A DNA stretch of 64,000 nt from Rhina ancylostomus. Its lineage: Eukaryota. The stretch is taken from NCBI GenBank assembly GCA_030265395.1, contig JARFYF010000007.1, forward strand, positions 38,086,924 through 38,150,923, read 5' to 3'. The translations under genes and the position numbers were made by a program. Below are positions 26,300 to 38,210 of the stretch, one piece after another; position 1 is the first letter of the stretch; each line of letters begins with the position of its first letter. The notes under the pieces are model-generated. The model was not told where the DNA came from. It did not search any database and was given only the letters and a program-made list of their open reading frames with translations.

Positions 26300-28990
26300 C
26301 ACTTCCCTTGCATTTTAATATTCCAATATTTCAAGCAATTACACCTGTTACAAAAATCTATCAAATCTGCATCAATGATTTAAAGACGTTTCCACACTCT
26401 AATCACTTGGAATTGCTGTTTTTTTTCTAAAAGCCCCTTAAATAACTTTTCTTTAAATTATGTCTTCTTGTTAAACATCCAATAACTCACCACTACTTAC
26501 ATGTTCTTCTATAATTTTGAATTCCTTGGGTCAATTTAAAGAACTTTAACTGCTTTTTGTTCATGCATTCTATGCCCTCTAGATGCAAACAGTGTGGATT
26601 ACATTTTCACAGTCTTTGCTACTTTTATTGATATATTTTCACACCAGAGTCACTTTGTATTTTTATTCCCTATAATATGTCACTACGTAATGGTTATAAC
26701 TTTCAATCCTTCAAATTCCAAATGCAGATTAACAGTAGCTCAAGCAACTACCAATCTGTAACCTTCCAATGGAAAACATTTTTCTTTACTCCTACTGTTT
26801 TCTTTTGTCCTTCAAATATCACAGCTGAGACATGTGACTTGGATATCTTAATAGGTGCTTTTCAAAACTAACCAGAGCCACAGCCTTTATCTTCAATTAT
26901 TTAAATAATTATACACAGTTAGTCATGCAAACCTGATACTGACTGGTCCTAATTAACCAGTGAGATTTTTCTTTTATATTTGGAATCCCACCATGTTTTA
27001 TACACGTGGTTTATTGAAGACTAACCTAGCTATCACTTTCTCCCTTTTCTTTATAACTTCTCTGCCACTCTCCAGTTCTCTGGCACAGTACTAATATTCA
27101 TAGAGTGTTGGATTTATTTTAAAAGAGCACCTGGAGCTGGAGGAAGCAGATTCTATGTTTCCAGTACAGGAAGTTTCTTATTTTCCACTTCAATAGCCAG
27201 GGGAAAAACGGCAGCCAACAGATTTTCAGCCTCCACTTTTGTCATTCTGAGCCCAGGAAAATGAAGATAACTTCAAACCATCTGCTTGATTTACTCTCCA
27301 CAGCATCATATAGAGGCAGAGTGAAAAATGCATGGGTGATTATTGTTCTGATCAGTCTGGCTTGTGTAAATTTGAGAAATCCACATTACCCTCCTCTAGC
27401 CTCCTTGCTACCTCCTCAAAAATTTCAAACATGTTAGTAAGACACAAGTGTCCCAAAAAAAATCCATCTGACAGTTCCTAATTAATCTGCATCTTTCTAA
27501 ATGAAGATTGATAATATCCATTTAGAATGTTTCTAATTATTTGCCAATCTAATGTGTTAAGCCCACTGGCTCTGTAAATTGTACTATTTATTCCATTCTT
27601 CCACAACAGTGCCACATTATCAAATCTTCAGTCTTCTACAAGTCATGGTGCTTATAGCTGGAGAAGCCTAGAAAATATTAGTAAGAATTTTTGCTATTCC
27701 TTTTACTTCTCTTAGCGGCCTAGGATACATTTTAACTAGAATATATTTCATCCCAGAGAAATTCCCTTTATTCTACCCATCACCCTCCCCAACCATCTCT
27801 GCCACCCGGACTAACTCATTTCTCTCAGTTCTGTTGAAGGGTCCCAGACCTGAAATGTTAGCAGTTTCTCTTTCCACAGATGCTGCCTGACTTCCCAAGT
27901 TTTTAAAATCAGCATTTATTTCAGATTTCCAGTATCTGCAATTTACATTTTTTTCCTTGGAGTTGGCAATTTACACACTATCAAATATAGTAACCCATCA
28001 ATATTTTCTCACTCACTGCTTATTATAGCCAATATTTCACTTCTCTTCTAAGTTCAATATCCATATTAGTACCCTCTTCATAAAGAATGTTGCAAAGTAT
28101 TCATTTAGAACCAATCCATGTCTTTTGTATCCACACCCCCATTAGTTTCTCAATTTCCAAAAAAGCCCTACTCTGTTATTCCCTTACACTATATTCAAAA
28201 CAGCTTTAAGTTTCATCCCTGTACTTTCAATATTCCGTCAGGTATTCTGTAATATTGAGCTCTTGCTATCTGACACATTTATCTTTTTTGTCTTTTCCTA
28301 CCCAACATGCTACTAGACATCCAGAAGGGTCCAGATTTGGGAACTCCAAGCTTTTTCTTAGTGGTAATGTTCCAACCTCTAGCCCTTGAATATTTCCCTT
28401 TGTTCTTATACAAACTCATCTTCCAGTAGCTATTTTCACTCCACTTTTACCAAGTCATCTATCAGCCTGGAAAAAGTGGCATTACCCCAATTAAGAACTG
28501 TGACTCCTGGTCCATCTGTCCTTTCCCAAAGCCATGCTAGATCTAACTCCATTATGGTTGCTACCACCAATGGCCCTTCCACCTGCTCAGGTGCATTGCC
28601 TTAAATCAAGTTCAGAACTGCCCCTTCTCTCGTTGAGATTGTGACAATGGATTTTTAAAGATGCTGCAACCTCTACACCTTTCACACTATTCACAGGATT
28701 GTTGAAATCTCCTAATTCTTCCCTGTTGTTTTTAAACTTCTCAAGAATCTGCTTATATATTTCTCATTTTTCTCTCCAACAGTTTAGATGAGTAGCTAGT
28801 CTTACTTTGCTCCCAGCAGTATGATTGCTCTTTACTTCCCCCTCAGTTCAACTAGGTTGGGTTCATGTTGATTTTTTTTTTAAGCACATCATCTTTACTC
28901 AGTTGTAATTAAGTTGCTTTAACTGATGCTGTGATTTTATTTTTAAATAACTGTCATCTCAGATGAGACCATGTAACCAGGAACCATACC
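26300..28990 (-). mobile_element. Highly decayed CR1 LINE pieces in CNOT11 intron 4
   Basis: Similarity to the 37.4-38.2 kb CR1 copy (ctcctcaaaaatttcaaacatgttagtaagacaca; tttctctttataacttctctgccactctccagttctctggcac). Confidence 0.5.
27770..27950 (+). mobile_element. Penelope-derived terminal repeat copy
   Basis: cagttctgttgaagggtcccagacctgaaatgttagcagtttctctttccacagatgctgcctga...atttcagatttccagtatctgca; related copies at ~8545-8735, 10995-11110, 29770-29960, 35775-35880, 50085-50225, 53765-53860. Confidence 0.75.
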
Positions 28991-29559
28991 TAACCTCATG
29001 TTTCACTTATAGCTATATCATCTCTCTAAGTGTTTGGATGTGCAATCAGCCCATCCACTTTATTTCCCTAGATGCCCCTAACTGAAGCCTATTCCACTAA
29101 GCGCAGTCATTGTTCTAGACTGTTTCCTCTAGCTAATTTCCTTTACAGAAATTATAGAAAGATTTTAGTAATTTCCTGACAATAAATGTCTATAATTCCC
29201 TGGATTTCCTCTCTCAATTTTCATACAGAGAGTTGACGTGTATAATTTTCCAAACTAAAGAAACATTTCCTGAATTGAGATTGCCGTCAGGACATGCAAT
29301 GTTCTCATGCACTTCTTTAAAATCTGGGATAAAAACCATTTTGTACTGGAGGTCTGTCATTCTTTGGTGCCAGTGTTTTCCCCATTATTGTTATTCTGTT
29401 TATCACAAGTTCCACCCCTTACTTAATATTAATTTTCTTGGACATACAAACTATCCTCTTCTTCTGCTCTAATTAATTAAAGTAATTATTCAACATCTGC
29501 CATGTTATTATTTTTATTGAGTGTCAACAACTTTCCAAGGATAAAGAGATGAGGCAAGG

Positions 29560-30115
29560 TCATTGGCTACCTTACATCTTTTACAACCAATACTCTTGAA
29601 GAGTAATCAATGCTCTAATGTGGGAAACGTATCTTGTGTGCACAAAGAAGGCGCAAACAAATAGCAACGTATGAACAGCCAGAAGGTAGGACATAAAGAT
29701 ATCCCCACTCTTTGAAATAGTGCCTGAGGTCTTTTACACACAATCAAGAACAGGAGATCAGAGATATTCTCTTTGTCTAGCATATCCCTTCCCCATCCTC
29801 TCTAACCTGTTAACTAACTTGTTTTCTCTTTTACCCAGTTCTGACAAAGGGTCTCAGAATCAAATTTACTGTCACTGATATGACATGAAATTTGAATTCC
29901 TAATTGTTTCCAGTATATTGTTTTTATTCAAGATTCCTAGCATCTGCAATTTTTTTTTCAAGAGCAGAAGTACCTTGGTTTAACATATTCTCTGAAATAT
30001 GGCACATCAAAGAATGTGCAAGCACTCAGTATTCCACTGATGTGTTAACCTAGAGTTTTGTGCTTAAGTCTTACAACTGCGACTAGAACCTAAGATCCTC
30101 TGCAATGAGCAACAA
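29560..30115 (-). mobile_element. DeuSINE-family SINE, interrupted by a nested insertion at ~29770-29960
   Basis: Reverse complement resembles the 63315 element (ccccactctttgaaatagtgcc, gcactcagtattccactga, gtgcttaagtct). Confidence 0.6.
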
Positions 30116-30846
30116 AAGCCATAACTAAAGGCGGGGGGCGGAAGCACACAATGGTCCCGATCTGTTTATACTTTGTACATCTCCCAGTTTGCAGGTTCTG
30201 AGCTTCTTTTTGTGTGCTGCTTTCTCTTTAGATTTTTGTCCCTTAACCAGAGGTTTTTTTTGGGCCAAAAGAACTTCATTCTAGAAATGAACTCGTTCTC
30301 TATCACAATAAACACCATCTATTGAAGTTATTCATTTACCTGGTTTTCTATGGACAGTCTCCTTTCTGTCCCACCGGAGGCAGTCTTCTCCAGATATTGA
30401 AACTTAGGAGTTATTTCACACTTCCAAAGACAAGGTTTAACTCGATCATATTATGATCCCTTTGCACAAATGATCACAATTCTTCAGGCAATATACAAAA
30501 TTAGGCTCATTACTCATTGCTAAATCTAATTTGGTTTATTCTTTTATTGGTTTTGGGACATATCGTTACAACTACCCTGACCATAAGAAATTCACTAGCT
30601 TTCTGATACAAACTAATCTGTTTAGCCCAATCTATACAAGACCCAAAACCTCCACTAAAATGACTCTGTCTTTCCTACCTTTATTATCACATATCATCTG
30701 GCTATAAGAGTTATCTCCTGTTGGTAAAGATGATATCAGAATTCACCACATACAAGGACAGCGAGAGCTGCAATTTCATAAAAGTGAATATTGGTGATGG
30801 GTTTTATCAATGGTCAAAATGATCCAGCCGCTTTATTTGCATTTAC

Positions 30847-31049
30847 CTGTGTTTGTTGCTGTGCAGATAAAGGACTCTTGAAAGCCTTTGCCATGATGCG
30901 CTTAATTTCCACCCCAGTGCTGTTTTTAACACACATGGTTTTATCCCATTGGATTGTATGATCAGGTTCTGTTGGGTTTAGCCAAGCTAGCTCATCTTCA
31001 CATACATGAAGTGGAGGAGCAGGCCGAATAAACTCTGGCCGAAAGTGAC
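30847..31049 (-). CDS. CNOT11: CNOT11 exon 4
   Basis: ttcttgtgaag acceptor, CAG|gtaaat donor; (S)[67 protein letters not shown]. Confidence 0.96.
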
Positions 31050-31965
31050 CTTCACAAGAAATAAAAGAACATTTACTTTTACTATTCGACTTGAACAAAA
31101 ATTGATTTTAATAAAAAAGTGTATTAGTCTGAAATTTCCTGGGAAATGCCTATAATTCTGTGTGGAACTCCTGGCACTTCCCATGTAACTCTAAGGAAAT
31201 TCATAGTTTTCTTGTTACCAAGTCCAAATGCACAAGTCTTAAAGTCCACGAGGGGTCCTCACTACCACTATTCTGACTGCACTCTGATAATGGACTCCTA
31301 GGATGGGGTGCCAATTTCCTGCCATTCTACCAACTGTTCCCTTATCTTTGAGCAATATTTACAAGCCAGGGAAATGAAAACTATCCTTTAATACAAGACA
31401 TCAATCTGTTCATTTTCCTTAACAACTTCTATGAAAACATTGTGACTGCCTAGGTTTCCTTCTTCTCCAACTGTAATTGTAAAGGGGATAAGGACCATCA
31501 AATTAGCATCTTAATGCACTATAATCCACAATCTACGAGCATAGGCAGAGTGAAAGGCTGAGTACTCTTTTCATGCAGAAGATCTCCCTCAAGTTAATGT
31601 GAGTAAAATCCCCAGATATCAAGCAATTCAGAATACTATTGCAGGATTGCAAATCATACTGGGCGCCTCAAAGAAGTAGCCATTAGTACGGAAATAAAGC
31701 CAAACTACTCTTACTTTCTTCCCATGTACTACATCTGCCAGACAGACTAAATGCCCTCAATTTTTATGATGGTGCCCATTTCTGAAATTACTGCTAATTT
31801 AGTCCCACACCAAACTGCATGGTCTTCAGTGCCAAGTAACTCACCATAACAAAAGCTAGCAAAACAAATTCATTGAAAGTAATGGACCAAGTTGAACTCA
31901 CATTTTGCGAATGAGAATCAAACATTCTAAATTCTTTCCTTGGATATCAATTTAAGAGCACCTAC

Positions 31966-32118
31966 TTTCTATTGGTGGTCTTGGTCCACTCACTAAAGCC
32001 TCTATGATTTGAGTTGCTACAGAACTGTCAAATCCAGAGTTGGAAGAGTCAGGATCAGGATCAGGGAGTATGCTTGGAAAACTGGCTTTGCTCTGTGTTG
32101 GTAATTCAGACTGGCGCT
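31966..32118 (-). CDS. CNOT11: CNOT11 exon 3
   Basis: tttatcctgcag acceptor, A|gtaggt donor; (E)[50 protein letters not shown](S). Confidence 0.95.
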
Positions 32119-32927
32119 CTGCAGGATAAATAAAAGATTAGACTCAAATGTACAAACAATGGATTCAGAGAATATCATATTATGCCTTACAAAAATTATC
32201 TGACATTGGTCAGCCTTTAAACACAGAACTTGTTTTTGCAAAGGCTATAGTATTGAAAAGCTGTTCCTATTGGGTAATTCTGTGATGGAGTTCAACTTTA
32301 TGCACATAATTCATATGTAACAATCCTCCATTTCATTTTTCTAGTAACATTGTCCTTCCTGGCAAAATCTGCAGTAGTTTGTGTCACAAATTTGTTCCTA
32401 CTGCTATTTAAACAGACAGTTTTCATGAGTGAGCTAACTTTATTTATAATACAAAGGACTGTCAACTGTAAACCCAGTCATGCGCCCTGGCTCCATAGCC
32501 TATTGACAATATTATATCAGCTTTTTCGTTTCAGTTATGAATTCACATTGCCCTTAGCATCTAAATATGGCAACCAGATTATTTTGAAATTTAGCTTCAA
32601 CTTGCTAAATTTTATTGAGTAGTTAACTGAGTAGAGACAGATTAAAACAGTAACACAGGTTCTGAACAATTGCAGTCAGAGGTAGGTTTGTCTCATTTTT
32701 GTATTGTTATTGTGTCTCGGAATCTATTCAAAGTGATTCCAGCTATTATATTGAAAGAGTATACATCAGCTACATAATTACACCATATGATAACTGGTCT
32801 ATCTTTTCTCATTTGCAGAAAGTGTGCGCACTAATGAGGCAACAATAAAATTCAGTATTTTTGACTTTGCAAGATCTGTAGGTGAATGTACTGCGACTAC
32901 AGCTTCATTAAAAAGTATACAATTTCA

Positions 32928-33143
<216 letters not shown>

Positions 33144-34959
33144 TTATCACACATTAGCAACTGCAAAGCATGAAAAATCCAAATATTACCACATCAAGTT
33201 CTGATAATTGATTATACATGGACCTTTCATTTTATTTGCATGCTTAAGAATTCTAATTGCCCATAAGAATTTTCTTGGAATATAATATTCCCTAAATTAG
33301 TGCATTTTGACTCACTTTTCTAAAGTGTCTTTGATGAAAATCAATGAGGCAGCTAGCCGCTACTTTAATCACAACTGCAACATCCACGCTCTACATCTGT
33401 GATGAAGGCTGACTTACTTTCTGCATTTAGAGGGAGACAGTTATCATACAATTTATAGTACCCATGCTGAAGGCCTCCAGTTTTTCCAAAGTACTTAGAT
33501 CTACATTATCACAAGTATAAAAGAGCTCAGACAAGAGGCTGTACATTACATACAAGGGCTATTTGCAAGCCAATATCCAGTACACCTCCCTCATCTGGTA
33601 CCAATTATTTAAACGCAACTTGTCTTTCAAACAGGAATTCACTCAACTGGCACCTGAGCAAAAATATATTTTTCAATTTAATCTTAAATATCATCTGTAA
33701 AGCTCATTGACTTGCTAAGATTTCTAGAATGCCGTAAAGATAAAACATTCTCAATTTTTTGACGTTATTTTGAAATGCTTATTGGATCTCAAATAAATTT
33801 AGACTGCAGATTGAACATACAGTAAAACTCCAACAATATGGCACCCTTGGGACTTTGGTGGTGCCTGAATGGCAGATTTTCCAGACTATTGGATATTAAC
33901 TCCTATTAATAACCCAACATACTTTAACTTCATTTTTTTGTTTTGGATATGGCACTGTAATATAAAATTTCCAATCAATCCAATGAGTTTAAAGGGAGCA
34001 TGGGAAACAGTGCCAAGCAGCTTAAAACGAGCTTTAACATTTTCCAATCTCTCATGATTTAAGAAATACTTTGCTTTTTTTTTAAAAGAAATCAAAGAAG
34101 ATAACTCATCTTTCCACAATGTACAGCCTGTCCCCAAAACTGCTGTAACCTGAACAGTTCGCAAGTCAGAAATGAGGCCATGAACCGAGTTCCCAGAAGG
34201 CAGAAGATGTTTGCAGCCCGGCAGCAGCTAGAAAGTCCATACCATTGGTTTCCTAAATGCTCGATTCGTACGTACAGGCTGTACATAAGTCAGGTGTTCA
34301 TAAGCCAAGAAGGACCTGTATTCTATCTGCCATGCCGTTGCCCATTCATTCAGCTCATCTATGTCCCCTTGAAGCCTCTTCGCAACCTCATGACTACAAA
34401 CGTGCCCAGTTTCATGTCATCAGAAAACTTGGAAATTACCATTTGGTCCTCTCAGCCAAATCATTAACATATATTTTGAATAGTTGGGTCATATCTGGTA
34501 ACCACAAGTTACAATCCCAGACAAGGCTATTCTGCACCCCTTCATCCTTCTCTCACCCAGACATAGTACCTTCTACCTCCCTTCACCCTCTTATTGCCCT
34601 GACAGGGAAACCTCTCTCCCTCCCTCCTCCCAACCCTCCCCCATATTGGGCAGCTTCAACTTCTGCAATTGCTCCCCTTCTGACAACTCCCATCTCTCCC
34701 ACCCTCTTCATTTATCCCTCATACATCGCAGCGTCTACCTCCACCGAAGCCCCATTCCTCTCCCCCAAAACAGAGAGCATCCACCTCTCCTTTATCCCTT
34801 CCCACTCCCCACAACTGGCCAGCATCCACCTCCCCCTCTTCAACTTCAACCTCCTCCTCTCTCCATACAGGCCAATAACCACCTACCTCTTGTTTACTTC
34901 CTTCTCCACTATCATCTTCCAACTCTCCTTCCCCCTCTTCCTCATTCTGCTCCCCTCTC

Positions 34960-35730
34960 CCCTAGGCCGGGCAGCATCAGTCCCCGCCCCCTGCTTCGGC
35001 CAGGATCACAGCTCTCGCCCCCACATTAGTCAACGCCCTGGATTTCGATATATCGGGCGGGGGAAGCTACTTTCTACAAGTGGAGAGCTGGACCTTGCGT
35101 TCGGTCTGCAGGGTGGAAGCCGTGTCGGTGGCGATGCCGCTTACCGAGCAGCGGCCTATCCTGCTCCTCGGCCGCCGGGCCCGCGTTCAGCAGGTGCGCG
35201 AAGACCGCGGCGAACGGGTTGGCGGCCAGCGGCTCGGTGCGGTACATCTCCCAGAGCAGGTAGAGGGCGGTGAGGCGCTGCTGCGGACTGGGCAGCAGGT
35301 CGGGCTGCTGCAGCAACATAACGAGCGTGGAGCCCAGGCGGAAGTGGTCGTGCTTGCCGAAGTAATGGTGGAAGGCGGTGGACAGGCCCTCGAAGGTGTT
35401 GCTCGTCGCCTCCTCGCAGATGATGCCGATCAAGCTGCTCAGCTCCTTGGGAGCCAGCGTCATGGTCACCAGGGGCAGAGAAGCCCGCCGCCTTCACCGG
35501 CCCAAAACATCCACCATCCGAGTCAATTCAGCGACGGGCGAGTAGGCCCAGAAACTGCCGCAAACCGCCCGCTTCACCCAGGAGCTCAGCGTCTGCGCGG
35601 TACTGTCGCAAAGCGCGGCCGTTGATCCGCGGCGGCGCGCGGTGCCTCGGCTCCCGCGCGCGCCCCCGGGCTGCGTTCTCCGCCCTTCTCGCCGTGGCTG
35701 GAGCAGAGCAGCAAAGGCGGTGACCCTTGA
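34960..35730. promoter_or_regulatory. CpG island / CNOT11 promoter
   Basis: Most GC- and CpG-rich block in an otherwise AT-rich, CpG-depleted window; covers exon 1 and upstream sequence (gcggcggcgcgcgg, cccgcgcgcgcccccggg). Confidence 0.85.
35145..35463 (-). CDS. CNOT11: CNOT11 (CCR4-NOT subunit 11) exon 1 coding part
   Basis: accATG start with A at -3; [93 protein letters not shown]...; G|gtaagc donor; lies in a CpG island. Confidence 0.96.
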
Positions 35731-36314
35731 GGCTGGTTAGGCAGCAGGGAGTAGAAGAAGGTACAGATCATTATGGAAATGCTGGAAAAATCTCAGCAGG
35801 TCAGACAGCAGCTATGGAGATAGAAGCAGACAATGTCGAGTTTTTCCAGCTTTTTTTCATATTTGCAGCATCTAGAGTTTTATTTGATTTTCTATTTAAA
35901 GACCACTTGATTAAAACACTATAGAACATTGGGTTGGGGCAGGACAACTAGAGACCAGACTCTGCTGCATTGGTATTAATGGGCACACACGCATGGGCTA
36001 TTCAGCTTGTGTGCGCTCACACATCAGTTCCCAGCTTTAATGCATACTCTGTTCCTTTCCAGGTCCCTGGCTACAGACTTACCCATGTTCATGACAAGTG
36101 GTTGTAGCAGTACACCTACCTTTGCTTTTGTTGAAGCATAATGCAAAGGAGGGAAACCATGTGCAGAAAAGGTCTAAAGCTTGAAAAACTTTGGTAGCCT
36201 TTCTCATCCTTAACCTTCCCTACATCCATTGGTTGGCACCAGGATTTGAGAGTGTTTAAAGTATTCCTTAGTACAGAGGTAATGGTCTTCAGTTAACAAA
36301 GTAGCATGAGCGAG

Positions 36315-36652
36315 ACTCGGGGTTCAGAAATGTGAGCCAGTGTGCAGCCAGGGCCAGGGGTCGGGAACATGGGCTGGAGTGGGGGCTCTGGAATGTGGGC
36401 AAGTGCAAAGCTGGAGTTGGGGGTTGGGTGGGAATTTGGGCTAGTGTGCAGCTGGGTTTGTGTGGTTTAGAACTTCACCCTGAGATGAATTTCAGGAAAA
36501 TAAGCTGGTCTGCAGCCGGGACCCAGGGTTGGAAATGTGGCTGGGTGTGCTACCAGAACCAGCAGTCAGGTATGAGGCCCAGTTGTGTAGCTGGAGCCAG
36601 GGGTTGAGAATGTGGTTGAGCTGGAGCTAGGGGTTGGGAATGTGGGCATGTA
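36315..36652 (+). repeat. Degenerate G-rich minisatellite (unit about 35 bp)
   Basis: Repeated variants of gtgcagctggagccaggggttgggaatgtgggc, roughly 8 copies. Confidence 0.7.
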
Positions 36653-36689
36653 CGAAGGCAATCTCTGAATGAAGGCCACTGGCTTGTAT

Positions 36690-38210
36690 AACAATGTATT
36701 GAAAGTCGCACCACATGGTACATTCAGTTTTTAAGGGTACACTTAATTACCACACTCTCAAAGAACTCCAGTAAGTTAGTCAAGAATAAATTAGTCAACC
36801 CCTTAATAAATCCATGTTNNNNNNNNNNNNNNNNNNNNNNNNNNNNNNNNNNNNNNNNNNNNNNNNNNNNNNNNNNNNNNNNNNNNNNNNNNNNNNNNNN
36901 NNNNNNNNNNNNNNNNNNNNNNNNNNNGCCTAATAAAAACCAGAACAGTAAATTGATAAGAGCAATTATGACTATAATTGACAAGTGTCTTGATGTCAAT
37001 ATTGTGGTAGAGATTAAGCATTTTCCATCTACTAATATCAGTCTAACAGGTAGGAGATAACCTGTTTTCTATTTTTCTCCTTTCTTAAATAGTAGGATCA
37101 CATTTACTATCCTCTAATTTGCAGGAACCAAAAGATGATAACGAGATCATCCATGACCACCTCAAAACTCTGGGATATAGATCACCAGGTCCTTGGGATT
37201 TGTCAATGTACAGACTTATTAATGTTACTGGTAGCATTATTTGCAAAAACTAATTTATTTACTTATGCCCATTGGACCCTTGGTTCTTCAGCATTTCTGT
37301 ATTCATTTAATTCCTTTCTTGAACAAGGGTGTTAAGTTTACAATTAAGTTTAAATTGAACATCAACAAAAACCAATCCTTCACCATTTAAGATTCTGCTT
37401 CTCAATCCTGTGCACCAAAGGAAATAGCTTTACATATTTTACATTATATTGTATTTCTTATATTCTTGCCCACTTGTTTAATTTATCTACATCCCTTTTA
37501 AGCATTTTTGCATTTTCTTCCCTACTCTCAGTCCCAGGATATTTTATATCATTAACAAATTTGGAAATGTTACATTTAGTCCTCTTAGCCAAATCAGTTA
37601 TATAGATCACAAATAGCTGGGGTCCAAACAATGATCCCTGCAGTACCCACTAATTATGGCCTTCCACCTTAGAAAGATCCATTTATTCCCTTCCTTTGCT
37701 TTCTATCTGATAACTAATTCTTAATCCATGTCAGTATATTACCCACAACTCTAATCTTCTTGTCCAGCCTCCTACATGGGACCTTATCTAAAGCTTTCTA
37801 AAATCCAAATACACTGTATCCACTTGTTACCTCTTATCTATCCACTAGTCACATCCTCAAAGAATTCAAGTAGATTAGTCAGACGTTCCTTCCATAAATC
37901 CATGCTGACTCTGCTGAATCCCATTATTATTTTTAAGGTGTTCTGTTATTACATCCCGTACTATAGATTCCAGGACCTTCCCCACTACTGACGTTAGACT
38001 AACAGGTTGATATTTCTCTGTTTTCACTCTCTCTCTTCCTTCTTAAATGGTGAGGTCACATTCACTACTTCCGATCCACAGAAACAATTCTAGAATCTAT
38101 AGAATTTTGGAAGATGATAATCAGAATGTTCACTATCACTATAACCATCTCTTTCAAAACTGTGGGATATAGATCACTGGGCCCTCAGGATTTATCAGTT
38201 TTTATTCAAC
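36690..38210 (-). mobile_element. CR1 LINE RT fragments (two adjacent pieces)
   Basis: HGFIKGLTNLFLTNLLEFFE (decayed QHGFxKGxSCLTNLLEFFE) at ~36.8 kb, and again at ~37.85-37.9 kb; gatccctgcagtacccact is the reverse of SGVLQGS. Confidence 0.85.

Noticed and set aside
34257-35273. 338-aa + strand ORF (longest gap-free ORF in the track)
   Set aside because: Low-complexity Pro/Ser/Leu product of a C/T-rich tract plus the antisense of CNOT11 exon 1; TTG/near-cognate or weak start, no domain recognised
35080-35625. 181-aa + strand ORF and 113-aa alternate-frame ORF over CNOT11 exon 1
   Set aside because: Shadow ORFs expected in GC-rich coding sequence
36315-36652. Repeat array resembling CRISPR
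   Set aside because: Degenerate tandem units without unique spacers, vertebrate context, no cas genes
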